NCBI GenBank assembly: GCA_051294905.1
Contig: CM119372.1
Coordinates: forward strand, 9,240,001-9,304,000
Direction of reading: 5' to 3'
Length of the DNA stretch: 64,000 nt
DNA from: Botryllus schlosseri
Taxonomy: Eukaryota
The notes below the pieces were generated by a model. It worked only from the letters and a program-made list of their open reading frames with translations, was not told where the DNA came from and did no database searches. The position numbers and the translations under genes were made by a program. This document shows positions 51,101-63,520 of the stretch, in pieces (within the stretch, counting starts at the first letter, position 1; each line of letters opens with the position of its first letter).

Positions 51101-54100
51101 GCAATAGTAGGTCTATTTCGTCAAAGGAGCTATTTTTACCCTATATTTTCAACTGTCAATGTCAATCAATTATGACGTCACAATTGAATATTCGTGACGT
51201 CATGGTTTGAAAAAACATAAAAAACAATAAAACATGTTTTTAATTAGGGCCTTGTTTTAAATATGTTTGTTTTAAATTGATTTTTTTTGAAATCGAACCC
51301 TATTTATGATGATTTGCCTCTTGTATTCACAGGTTGCTCCAGCTGAGCTTGAGGCTCTATTGCTCTCCAATCCGAGAATCGCCGATGCGGCCGTTGTCGG
51401 AATCCCGGACGTTGATGCTGGCGAAATAGCAAAGGCATTTGTGGTGAAGAATGATGAATCTCTGACAAAACAGGAAATCCACGACTTTGTAGCCGGTGAG
51501 ACTTATATATAGACACGGTAGCAAACTTCGTGTGGTAAAACTGCGCTCAAAAATTCATTGATATATCATAAAAGACTACTCTTTCCACTCATAATTTTCC
51601 TGCACAAAAGTAATTTCTCATTTGCTCACAATATTTGGTTTTGTGATCTGATAAAAGCATTGCTGCACGAATGAATCAAACTCGACACATAAAACGTATA
51701 AGCGAAGTAACGTATTAATTGTCCCAAATAAGAACTGTGTTGAGAACACAACCAATCGATCGAGGTTTAATTTTAGTAACAGTAATCCAATGGTAACCTT
51801 CTATTGGGACTTGGGTATTATTAGATTTCAAGTTATAAGAGAAACGCAGAAGACTTTCTTTGCACGGGTCTCAATCTCAAACACGCGAGAACATTTTCTG
51901 CGGACAGTGGCGAAAGTTCGGATTTTCAAGCATTTGACAACATTTAAGGCCTACTATCTTTTTTCGGATTTGAAAAGTTAAAATTCACTCTATTTGTGCT
52001 CCAAAAAATCCTGACTCGGCTCACTTTCATCAGACTTTTCACCCCGTCAAGTATGGCATGGAAGACATAGATAGACAGTAGACATATTCCATACCATATT
52101 CGCTGCTGCAACCCGCGGCGGCATGCAGGGTTGTAACCAAGTCACAAGGCTCCGAGTCACAAGTCAATCTCACTTTTATATTTTTGACTCGAGTCAAGTC
52201 GAGTCATTTTCAATTCCCACTGAGTCAAGTCCGAGTCCAAGTCAGCGAACAGAGGATCGAGTCCGAGTCATGGTAATATGACTCGAGTCCGAGTCCAAGT
52301 CAATGTGTTGACTGCTCAGTTTCCAGTTTAAGTCTTCCTAAACCCACTTTTTTAACTCTGTTTGGTGATATTGAATGGTTCGCATTTACAATATATCAAT
52401 TTTCCTCACTTTTAGCAGTTTCAGGTGGCATTTTCAAGCACCAGTACCAACAAACGAAATCCCAATAGTGTGTTGGCTTCGAAATTACAATGAAATGTCG
52501 GTCTTCGCCGTCTGAATCTCGAGTCAATGACTTGCTTCGAGTCATGCGCAATGACTCGAGTCTAAGTCGAGTCAATACACAGATTGACTCGAGTCGAGTC
52601 GAGTCATTTCCGTATTTTGAGAAAATGACTCGAGTCGAGTCGAGTCATCCGAAAATCGTGACTCGAGTCATTACAACCCTGGCGGCATCACAAGCTAGGA
52701 AATTGGCCCGCGAGGACGTTGAAGTTCGAGACCCCTTCACTAGTGTATGTAGACCAGGGGTGTCGAACTCAACTTGCGTCGCGGGCCGAACTAGTCAAAT
52801 GATCCTAAAATGTCACATCAAAATCCATGGTCTTCTTTTTCACTTAATTACCTTATTACCAAGCCTATACACCTGATACTGTATTACATTATATTACTAT
52901 AAAGTAGGGTTACCATATTTTTGTGACTCAAATTACGGACACTCTTTAGCGCCCACTAATGGATTTCAAAAGGAGGTATGAGCACAATGTCTGTCAATAT
53001 GACGTCACACTAGCCTAGATTTGCTTATCGACCAGAGGTAGTCACGATCCGGTTCAGGAGTATGTGGCTATGTGTTGTGTAACCCGGACTGAAACAACAT
53101 TTTTTAAGCCCCCTTCCGCCCAATTAACAATGCTTTTAGCTTTATAAACACCCCACATCCGGTGGTTTCCAACCTTTTGGTGGTCGCGACTCCATCTCCA
53201 ATCTGAAGTGTTGCGTGGCCTACGCATTTGTTAGATATGTGTTCGATAAATAGATGGATTTTTTCATTGCTTCGCGGGCCGGATGAAATCGTCTGGCGGG
53301 CCGGATGCGGCCCGCGTGCCGTTTGTTTGACACCCGTGTTGTGGACTATGTAGCACGCTCTAACTACAGGCATAAGAATGTAGTTTCAAGTGACAAAAGA
53401 ACAGTCATTGCAGCCGCCGAAAACTCTGAATCTTCGTTTGCTATAACTGAAATACCAAAGTTACCATAGTGGTGATTTCAAAAGTAATCGTTAAACCACC
53501 ATCGCTTGACAGGCAATGCAATGCTTCTATCAAATCCAATGATAGACGGTGAGCATTTGATTTTGTGAACAGTGATTACAGTCACATTGCCGCAACATTT
53601 TTCAAACCATGGAGGGATTGAAAAGACGACTGGTTATATGGATTGCTTCATAATATAAGGATTGGTTACCGATGTTTTACTCTGTATCCAGCATTTAGCG
53701 ACCAAAATCTGGGTCACGACTCACGATAATGTTGTATCCAATACCGATTCCATCTTCAGTCGATAACTCGCTAAAATATGATTAAATGTGAAATTCAAGA
53801 TTTATATAATGTAAGCTCGGGGCCTACGCGTACGTATAGTCTCCAGTACGTCCGGATCACAATCCAATCTGACTACAACCAAAATCTTCAACTCCGGCTT
53901 CTTCTTATGTACGAAAAAATGTCCATTCTGATTTGCTCCATTATGACAGAAATCGTTACGCAGTTGTATTACTTGTATAAGTGTACAGATACGAAAAACG
54001 AAACACATGTCGGTGCGTGACGGCAGACATTATTGTCGCTTCATGAAGTTGGAAATATAGATGTGGAGTTTGTTAGGAAAGTCATTAATTCCATAGATTA

Positions 54101-54400
54101 GCCTTGCGTTACCAAAGTTCACGCAGTATAGCTTCACTTCAGCTTATCGTTATTCCATTGTCTTCTGTTCTACCTATCGGTTGTGCGCTACGTTACTAAA
54201 ATACACATTGGTCACTTTGACCTTAATCAAACATATATAGGATCGCTTGATGATGGTATGTGTTATCTGCAGGTAAGGTTTCAAGATACAAATACTTGCA
54301 CGGAGGCATCGAGTTCGAGACGGAAATCAAGAAAACAGCCAGCGGTAAAATATTGAGGAGAAGTTATAGACAAAAGGCTGATGTTAAAGCAAAACTATAA
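45189..54400 (+). CDS. Peroxisomal luciferase/4CL-like acyl-CoA synthetase, paralog 2, 523 aa. join(45189-45290,46429-46636,47069-47175,47531-47603,47811-47943,48038-48200,48272-48440,49684-49781,49850-49921,50273-50428,51333-51495,54273-54400)
   Basis: All 12 exon lengths are identical to paralog 1. Same ANL motifs ([35 protein letters not shown]), ends KAKL*, and intron 8 is again GC-AG. Confidence 0.95.
50864..51302. mobile_element. Family-A hAT MITE ending 30 nt upstream of ACS2 exon 11
   Basis: tagggctgcatttaaaac / aatcgaacccta; perfect TSD tttatgat. Confidence 0.9.
52126..52681. mobile_element. hAT MITE with GACTCGAGTC palindrome arrays
   Basis: TIRs cagggttgtaa / ttacaaccctg; TSD gcggcatg / gcggcatc. 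Confidence 0.88.
52755..53338. mobile_element. Buster-like hAT MITE with a composite interior
   Basis: caggggtgtcgaac / gtttgacacccgtg; TSD atgtagac / ttgtggac; gcggcccgc subterminal motifs. Confidence 0.75.
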
Positions 54401-55217
54401 ACCACGAAAACCACGATGGAAAGCAATTGGCATCGTATCAGAAATAACCTAATTGCCATGATCTGATAGTCGTCATACATGGGTGTCGGTATCGGTCAGC
54501 CATTTCATTCTTCAATTGATCGAAATGTAATGAACAATCCAGTATGTGTCAGTAATTACTATGACGCCATGTTCACTGTGTTTTCTGAAGGCAGATCTGC
54601 ATCCCATATATATGCATCGGAGTCATCCACCATTATCCAGACTCATGTCGAGAAGGATGTCCTTTACAACCTTGAAATTATTCATTATTATATACTGAGC
54701 TATGTCTGTCCAGCCAGGGACCGGTTCAGCGCTTTTCCGTGCATTGTTTAAAATTTTCTCTGCTGGAACGCATAGTTAACGGTGCAGCTGACTTCTTACA
54801 AAGAACATACGAGGAAATTCGAATTCGATTGGTTAATTCGAAGTGTTCGCGTTTATAGTTAATAATATTTTGTATGGCTCACGTAGCAAACGCACTGCGA
54901 ACATCGCATCACGAATAAAACAAAGGAAGCACTTAAATAAACCTACTTGCCTGTCAGCACCGGGGGTACATCAACATTCAAGATATCCCTGGTGTGTTTA
55001 CCAATTCCATTGGTTTCGAGATAAGGTGTAGCTAGGATCGAGCCCTAATGATATGTAACATTATAGTCATGTACATAATGTATAGGCTTGATGGTGGACC
55101 ATATTGAAAAACAAGTATATTAATTTGAGGATAACAATTTGGCATCATTTGACTGACCCATTAGTCCGCTTGAATTTTATATGTCTGCCTTGGAGGCTTA
55201 GAAATCAGGCTATATTG

Positions 55218-56681
55218 CAGTGACGTGGGGCCAGGGGAGGCAAGTTAGGCAGTGCCTCACCTGTCGCCAGGATGTGTAAAATAAGGCTACCGTACTCCGT
55301 TAGGATTTCCCTCTTATTCAGGAAATCGAAAATGTCTTCCGAGGACGCCTAAATGTCCTCATTTTTGGGAAATGGTCCTCCTTCATAGCTTTGAAAGCCA
55401 GGCTAATGGCCAGGCACAACTGAAAAACGGCGTAAATGACGCGAAATCTGTAATGGGGATGTTCAAGCGGGGTTTTCGGGAGTAGTACTGGAAAAATTAC
55501 CGTTTTAATAAAGTGGCTCATTCGGGAGTCGAGCCGGAAAGATGACCTTTTTTCTAGTCAACACAACAGGATTTTCCGTAAATTTTTCCGGTCCGGTAAT
55601 CTAACTTTTGTGGTTTTTAAAAAGTGTCTTACTTTCCGGATCCCAAACCAGGGATATCTAGAACTAGAAGTTCTAGATAGCCCTGTCCCAAACTATGGTG
55701 ACCCTATGTAAAAGAAAATTGCGAAAATCGTCAATAATTGGTACTTTCTATCGATGATCATGAACAGCTAATTTTAAACGTTTTTACACCCAAAGTCACG
55801 CAATTTTCGTATTTATTGTTCAAAAATATAGCGCGAAAGAAGAGGCGCGGCACAGCGGAGCCTGCAAAGCCTCAGTTGTGATAGCGCCATTCATCATAAA
55901 CGGCTCGGAATTTATATTTGCAAATATTAAACGAATACTATTGTCGCACTGATTCCCAAAGTTCAGATATTGATAAGGTCAAGTACCAGAACCCCGCACA
56001 ATCATCGTGGGATTTGACATTAGGCCCAGTTGCGGCAGAGCAGAGAATAACCATAATGTGATGAACAGATGAAATTGTCTTACTGATTGATATCAACTTA
56101 ACAATCTGCAGCGCTGTGAATCAATGCTCTATCAACTTCGCAAACATCGCTTCACTTCGCTCGAGTCTCTATGAGTAACTATCCGTCCGAATCCAAAAAT
56201 TCTCAACCAAACATCCACGCGAATGAGAATAATGCCGTCCAGAATCCGAAAAATCTGGATCGAATAAATATACTCCGAAGAATCCCAATTGTAGATCTGA
56301 GCAGAGTAGTCTTCACTAAGACTAAGGTTAGGGTTGGCTGATTTATATTTGCTTGGACCTTGAACAACTTTAGAGTGCTATCAGAACGTGTTTACTGTCC
56401 TGCCTGGATGCCGAGAGGACGATTCTCTCTTTTGACTTGAAATCAAAAATTGAAACGGGTAGTCTAGTCAGAACTATCCAAAAATCAGCAACCATCCGAA
56501 AATATCCGAAACGAAATCTGCAATAGAAAACGAATCCGATCCAACTGTATCAAAATTGCGCAATATCTGGAGTCGGAGGTAAAATCTACCTATACTCCAC
56601 AGCCTGTTTGGGTTCATGTATTTGTAGATCTGCATCTAATGGAGTCACTATACCAACCATCAACCTCACCGCATGTCAATG
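55218..56681. mobile_element. Family-B hAT element with nested MITEs
   Basis: cagtgacgtggg / ccgcatgtcaatg; perfect TSD ctatattg at 55210-55217 and 56682-56689. Confidence 0.9.
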
Positions 56682-57419
56682 CTATATTGATAACACAAAG
56701 AAGACCGTCGACCATTCGTCCTGAACCTGGCGCTTATGCGTCATGGAATGTACCGAAACGTCAATATCTTTGTCAATGTATTTAGGACCACCTCCGCAAA
56801 TCAAACCTATCACGAGTTCAATGCATATGTATAGTTATGCCATACGGGTTGACCAATTGGGAGCATGCTAAGTAAATATTTATATGACTTTATCGTGTGC
56901 AAGTCTTTCCGCTAACTAACGCATTATCCCGAGACGAAAGACAGCAAAACATGATCAATAGAACAACAATGTGTGACAAAGAGCGTGTTACGTTCCCATG
57001 GGACAGCCGAGCACGCTGCAAAGCTCCGTCTGCTGGGGCGAATTATAATAGACAGAATACAGTCTAAAAGACAGCCACCCACGCTTCCAATATTTAGCTC
57101 ATAGCAATTTTATTCAACTCGTATATAACCTCTTGACTGAGAACGCACATAAAATAAGAGCAGGCCCGGCCGCTTGCGAAGATTTCGGTGTTGAAGATCC
57201 CTTTCTAGCTCGCTTTTATTTTCACACGATCGATGTCACTATTTTGCTTCCGCCTTTGTTTTATATTAGGACTGAGCCAAAATAGCCAATTCCGTAACAG
57301 CATCCACATTTCCCCTCTTAGAAAGGCCTATTTCAGGCGGACAAAACTTGGAGCTTTATTCTGCCCCTGGATTATTCGCAACAGTAGAACGCCCATGAAG
57401 TCGCCCACCTTCCTTCATG

Positions 57420-57736
57420 TCATGGATTGGATAGCGGGTGCCAGCGTGTGACGGATTTACCCATTTGAATAATGGCTTTTGCGAATTGTGACCTGGCCAG
57501 CGCACTTTCCACGTTTTGGCCGATTCCCACTTTACCGACAAGTTCGCTGGTTCCGCGGACTTTGTCCTTGATGTACAATGATGCGACGACGGCCAAATGG
57601 TCGAGGCCATCGCCCTTCCAGAACGAGAACAAAAACGATTTTCCGAAAACGGGGTGCTGGGTACGCTGTACGACTTTCGTATTTTTCATCGGATACTTCG
57701 TGTCGACGCCTTTCTCCGTTAGGGAAACGTAGGTAT
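57420..57736 (-). CDS. Terminal exon of a synaptotagmin-like protein (C2B domain, tentatively SYT14/16-like); upstream exons not identified
   Basis: Acceptor ctccatttag, then (D)TYVSL...KNTKVVQRTQHPVFGKSFLF...ELVGKVGIG...VTRWHPL..*, with the C-terminal WHxL motif of synaptotagmins. Confidence 0.8.
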
Positions 57737-57929
57737 CTAAATGGAGAATGTTGGGTGAATGTTTGGAGTAATACTGCGATAGGGTAAATACTTGGGGTGG
57801 TGTGAATGTGTGGTTCACGTTCGGGTTCTGTGTGTGAACCTCGAAAATTTAGAGGTTCACGTTCACAAACGAACCTTGGTAGGTTCTGCACTGTGAACCT
57901 TTTTCATATATGACAATTTTCGCTTCATT

Positions 57930-58351
57930 ATAACATCTTTCGTTGGAACTTATTGCATTTCAATTGCGAGCCACTCTGTGCGTGGCGCTGGCAGCATAAA
58001 AAAATCAACACTAAACGAACTTTTTTTCCCGATTCAAGCCGGTCACCTCTTAAATCGTCAGGTTGCAGTAGAAAACCTTGCTCACCAAATTTCACTCGAT
58101 TCCAACCAATAAAGGCCTCCGCAGATCCAATTAAAATTTTTAATTTATTATGAAAAAATTGAAAAAAAAATCCAAATTTTTCTGCCAACCCCATGAAATT
58201 GTTGAGATGCCTTCAAAGACGTTGCAAAACAAATTTGAGTCAATTCCGACCAGTAGAAGCGGAGTTATGTGAGTTTTTCGATGATAATCCTCGGATTATC
58301 CTTGATCGGTGGATAACACGCGATTTATCAACGAAAAACTCACATAACTCC
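57930..58351. mobile_element. Diverged relative of the 41-kb foldback element: left arm plus central hairpin, right arm truncated
   Basis: ccccatgaaa...caattcc.accagt.gaagcggagttat is shared with 41150-41228. Hairpin ggagttatgtgagtttttcg...cgaaaaactcacataactcc at 58261-58351. Confidence 0.7.
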
Positions 58352-60463
58352 GATACAATGTTCACCTGTCGTGTCTATGAAGGTGGTATCATATAACGGG
58401 GACAAGGAAGCTAGCTAACAGTAACAAGTGCAAAGAGAAAAATCTCCTGTTCTCGATCCTCAGCACCGAACCGAGAATTTCAGGTTGGCTGATTTGGACT
58501 TGATCAAACCCAGTATTTAACCAGATTCTCCTGATGAAAATGCGTACAATAAAAAGGATTGGCACTAGGCCCCAAGATCAGGGTGTATCGTCAAACTTTT
58601 ATGCCTCTACTGCTCTCAAAACACGACGAGATATGATAACCTCTTGTCTGGTTGGCCAAACGCCGATGCCCGTCGATGTCCGCTCAGTGTATGTTTTGCT
58701 GGCAAATATAGTCTGTCGGCTGTACCTTGACCGGATTTCAATTCTATACCTCATAAAATATCGTCGTCGACTTCTGGAAGCCAATTAATTCGATACAACA
58801 AATGCTCTTTGCTTCAAACGCTTATGTGCTTACAGACGAAACGTGACACTGATGATCATTTTACCACTTGAGAAAATAATTATCACGTTGACCTGAGGAA
58901 TACAAACACACACAGGCTGACTTCATAAACATAAATATGTTTGATCATCATTATAATTGCAATACTGATCACTAATGTCCCAGTCAACACCCATCTCGTA
59001 CAATACACGTCCCCACACGTCTATGTAGCAACGGGATGAATGCAAGAGGCATAAAAACTGACTGCGGTCCTTCTAATAATTCAATTCAATTCAAACCGTT
59101 GCTAAAATTCCATCATTTCAATACACCACAAGACTGCGATAGAATGAAAGATAAGAAGGTGTCGAAACGACTTGGAGTAGTCTTCGAAATCAGACTCCCA
59201 CCTGGCCTAGGCGATGTAATAAAGGAGGCACGCACAATGCACATTGCACACTGAATGAAAAGTAAAAGGAGATACTATAAAAGGACAGGTGACCAAAAAG
59301 TTGGTATGTTTCGGAAGGCGAGATCGATATGTCAGGTCGTGGTACTGTAAACTAGAGGGCTAACAGGTATTGATTCAGTAGAAATCGTTAGTATTTCGAT
59401 TTGAATGTGACTTGCTCGATGACTGTCGGATAGCTGGCGAGATACTGTTCCACAAATCAGGTCCAGCGTATTTGATGGAGCGAAGATCTTATTTGTCTTC
59501 CATATGGTAATTGGACGACGTGGACAACGTGTGCAACTTTCTGAAACATTATCGGAACATCCCCTCGATGGGGCGTTCACTAACTTACGGGGTGACTGTC
59601 ACATAGCGGAGCGCTTGTCGCAAGTTTCCAGGTATAAAATAGCGTCAGCGTATGCGACATGTAGGTGGGGCTGCTGAGCCAAATCGAGCACCCGTGTGAT
59701 TCGATTCGGAGTCGAGTCTGCGAATGTCACTTATTGTGACACCACACCAATAGTAACGATTAGAAAGTTTGTTATTTTGCGGCCACGATGAAAATGATGT
59801 CGGTTACAGTTCAACAAATTTTTTTTCGTCCTTCTTGACCATGCTGACAACTTCATCATCACGCGTTGTGATTATATAACACAGGTACAGGAATGACTTT
59901 TATATCAATATTCGTAGATTAACATTTTCTTGGCGGTCAATCGAGATTCGGGGCAGATATCATAAAGTTGGATTATCGTTCAAGTCGATTTTATCGCATT
60001 CATCAGGTGTAACAACCCAGGAGTAAGGAAACCAGTTGAAGTTAGTTTCAATGTCATGATTTAACAAACCATAACAAACTATAGTTATCTATAAAAACTG
60101 CGTACACTGCATAGCATTCCTACCTACGCGCAAATATTTCCGATAATGACCGTGACGATTGTCTCCCACAGGCAATGGCTTCACAAAACAGTAAACAGTC
60201 GGACAATCAACGAACTATGTATCAAATATTGCATAGCGAAATATCTATCAATATTCTATAATCCACTTCTTCGTTGTACATCACTGATTAAGCACGACTT
60301 TCATTTCGCGATGATGAAAATTCTTTCTATTATAGTAGCAGCATCTTTACACGCAGCCTGCCGTTTCATCCAACAAATGGACAACTGACAGCCAAAATCG
60401 CGTTTTCGCATTAGGATGAAACAGATAACACCACTTAATTGAAAATTCGGGATATCTCGAGGG

Positions 60464-60661
60464 CAATATTCCCTCTAATGTTTGATGAGTCTGCGCACAC
60501 TCACCAACTCACTGCGCGCGGATTCTTGGACAACAGTGCGTAAAGACTAAAAAAAGAGGTCATCACTTCGGATTTTTTTGTGCGCAATTAAGATTTTCTG
60601 TACGCAGAGACCGTGTCTGCACTGCGCATTTGCGCACGTGCGCAGTTTACAGGGAACATTG
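60464..60661. mobile_element. Small hAT MITE (CAGTGTTCCC-type ends)
   Basis: caatattccct / agggaacattg; perfect TSD ctcgaggg. Confidence 0.85.
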
Positions 60662-60671
60662 CTCGAGGGTA

Positions 60672-61169
60672 TAGGGTTGCATTTAAAACAAAGGCCTTTT
60701 AATTTTTTTTTCTTTTTTAACGTTGTATATTATGTATAATTATGCCATAATTGTGTAAATACTTTCCAAAGAACATGTTGTATGAGTCTACAGACGATTA
60801 CCACCCGATATAGCCGACGTTTACGATATGGGATGGTTGAAACCCTCGAAATAGTCGGGACAGCAGCTATAATATGTAGATATATAGATCATTAGTACGG
60901 AATGAATGTTCTGATGATGATGACCGCCGACACTAAAATGCTTCAGGACGATGTAGTACCGGTTAAAGATATTTTTGGTCCGTATATGACCGGTGTTGGA
61001 AGCCTATTTCGTCAAAGGAGCGATATTTACCCTATATTTGCAATTGTCAATGTCAATCCACTATGACGTCATTATGTATATTCGTGATGTCATGAATTAA
61101 AAAGAACATTAAAAATCATGTTTTAAACATATTTGTTTTAAAGTGATTTTTGTTTTAAATGCAACCCTA
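60672..61169. mobile_element. Family-A hAT MITE
   Basis: Perfect TIR tagggttgcatttaaaacaa / ttgttttaaatgcaacccta; followed by ctcgaggg. Confidence 0.92.
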
Positions 61170-61252
61170 CTCGAGGGGCTCGAGTAATGATCGCGCATAA
61201 CCTGCAACTTTGTGCATGGCGATTAGCAGTTTTTAATCACAGGATTAGCAAG

Positions 61253-62237
61253 TAGGGATGATGTGAACCTCTGAAAGGTTCTGGTTCGTGTGAACGCGAA
61301 CCTTTTTGAAAGGTTCTGTGTGAACACGAACGTGAACCTCGTGACGTCATATTGATAATTCCAGCCCTACATTTCAGTGAAGTGGTAGCCTGTATTGATA
61401 AACACGATACCTAGCGACGACTCGGGCCACATAATTCCACAATGCTGAAATACATTTTGACGTTTTAAACTTCGCCAAATGTATCAACCGGGGTAATCAA
61501 ATAATATAATAACCCCATAAAACCATTATATTCCGTTGCTTTGCCAACAATTTCGACGAGGACTTGCAAGGGAATATAAGCTTACTCCTTAACGGTCATG
61601 GCCAGACCGGACAATGTATTCGGCATCTGAGTATTGCTATGTTGATATTGAGCAGAGTGTAAAACGGTTTTCTGTACTTGCTACGGATATTACCCCAAAA
61701 ACAAGCTATACAGCAGTAGCCAACACCCCAGTCTCACGGATTTGGTTTTTACGATACAATGAACATATGAAGATTGACACTGTACTCTTGCTGGATTTTT
61801 TATATCAGATAACGATATCAAGTTCATTGATTGGCTGAATAAGCATCATTCATTGACTACATGTATAGTGTATTTGCTCTTGGTGTTGTGTGATTGCGGG
61901 TCAAGCTCAAAGCAGAGAGTCACTAAATATTCACATACGGGAAGCTGGATATTTCGAGCAAACTTTTGTAACAAAGCATGTAAAAGTTTTGAGATTGTCA
62001 AGGTGTATGGTCGTTTAGAGTTTATTTTTTTATGCTGCCAGTCCCAGGCATAGAGGGGCCCGTAATTGAAATGCAGTAAATTTCAACCAAAGATATTATA
62101 TTGAAGTGAATATTGTAATATAAGAAAAAGGTTCACAGTGCAGAACCTACCAAGGTTCGTTTGTGAACGTGAACCTGTGAATTTCTGAGGTTCACACACA
62201 GAACGCGAACGTGAACCTCACGTTCACACCATCCCTA
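61253..62237. mobile_element. hAT MITE with GTGAAC subterminal arrays; partial copies at about 30560-30655 and 57795-57900
   Basis: tagggatgatgtgaac / gttcacaccatcccta; perfect TSD ttagcaag. Confidence 0.92.
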
Positions 62238-62399
62238 TTAGCAAGCTTCCCGATCAGCTATGATCTCCGCCTAAAATGCGTCCCGATTAGCATTCTCCCA
62301 AATCAGCTAACTTTATGATCTCCGCCCTTCGAGGCTGTCACGTCGCGAGGAAATAATCTCAACTATGGTATACTCCTAGAGCGCTGGACCTAAAATTTC

Positions 62400-62640
62400 G
62401 TTACTCGCTGTAGAATCGACTCCAACCAATACAATTGATACGCAACTTGTATACGAGTTCTCGAATCGTTGTGCGCAGACTGCGATGCCGTACCAGTGGG
62501 TGCCAATTTCAGCAATTTAATCATGTGAAGTATTTGATTGTAGTTAGCCCGAACGGTGTAAATGCTTACCAGGCAGTCTACCAAGCTTTCCTTTCGGGAC
62601 ACTGCGCGCCGCGATTACGTCAATCGTCAGGCATCTCAGC
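62400..62640 (+). pseudogene. Possible highly degraded PIF/Harbinger (DDE_Tnp_4)-like transposase fragment
   Basis: NHVKYLIVVSPNG...QAF.SG...RQSSG loosely resembles NTxKxLIxxxPxG...S..GG...SG. Weak, judged by eye only. Confidence 0.25.
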
Positions 62641-63441
62641 ATATCATCATAGGAGAGCGATATTAAAAGATGAGGAGTCTCCTGTAATAGAGTAATAGTA
62701 ATATTGATTTATTATCATTATTTCAGGACACGGCGATCAATTTTCAGCAGATGTTACGTCGCGCCATTTCTATAATCACCTGGTTTAATGATTAACTATC
62801 CTGTCGCCTCAAACCCAGACTCTGAATATTTTATGAGTAGAATCCGTTAGAGTTGACGGTAAGGAGCGGTGCTTGTGAGCCGGTCACTGGACCGTGACTC
62901 TTGATTTATAATTTTAAGAACGCAGTGTTCCCGAGATTCCGTTGCCTCACACTAATGCACTATATATATGTTATGTCACTGGAATACATCTGCGGAGCCA
63001 CTATCATTCACGATCATATTGGGTATGTGGGATGACAGAGGGAATCATGCCGTGTAATGTTGCGATCGACATTGACTGGATCCCAGATGACAGTCGATCA
63101 TTTTTCTCCGACTTCGATGATCTGATGTGGTGGATTGGTTTGAGGTCTTTTTTATTCTATGACATCTATCCCGCATTCTCTGTACAGTACACTGACATAG
63201 AGGTGTAAATGTTTTCGGCTAACTTCCCAACGATACCTTAGTTAGACTGTTGCAGCTGCAAAACGAAAGCCCCTGACATATTACGATACGGGCCGCTTTG
63301 TAGTTGTTTAATAGCATGGTGTTTCGACAACTATATGGTCATTTTTCACAAGACCGATATTCTTTATTAGGATTGCTGAGCATCCGAAATATGGCAGAGA
63401 AAGGCGAAGAGTTGAATGGTATTTTTGGAATATCTTTAGAA

Positions 63442-63520
63442 CAGGGGTGTCAAACATACGGCCCGCGGGTGGCATCTGTACCGCCAAGCGATTTCATCCG
63501 GCCCGCGAAGCAATTCTGAG
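63442..63520. mobile_element. Left end of a Buster-like hAT MITE
   Basis: caggggtgtcaaacatacggcccgcgg is the reverse complement of the 53305-53338 terminus. Confidence 0.65.

Noticed and set aside
52490..52876. 128-aa ORF with TRVESS repeats and CRISPR-like looking GACTCGAGTC arrays
   Set aside because: It lies in the subterminal repeats of a TIR/TSD-bounded MITE. There is no regular repeat-spacer periodicity and the context is eukaryotic.
31403..54400. Calling the ligases true luciferases or bacterial/plant horizontal transfers
   Set aside because: Luciferin-pocket residues are not conserved, the genes have 11 spliceosomal introns, and such peroxisomal ligases are widespread in non-luminous animals.
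58599..58892. Candidate upstream synaptotagmin exons on the minus strand (VNVIIIFSSGKMIISV; SRRRYFMR)
   Set aside because: Splice phases are incompatible with the phase-1 terminal exon, and similarity to C2B is weak.
62390..62602. LLKLAPTGTAS on the minus strand, resembling PIF1/Helitron helicase motif Ia
   Set aside because: No Walker A or other helicase motifs nearby; likely chance.
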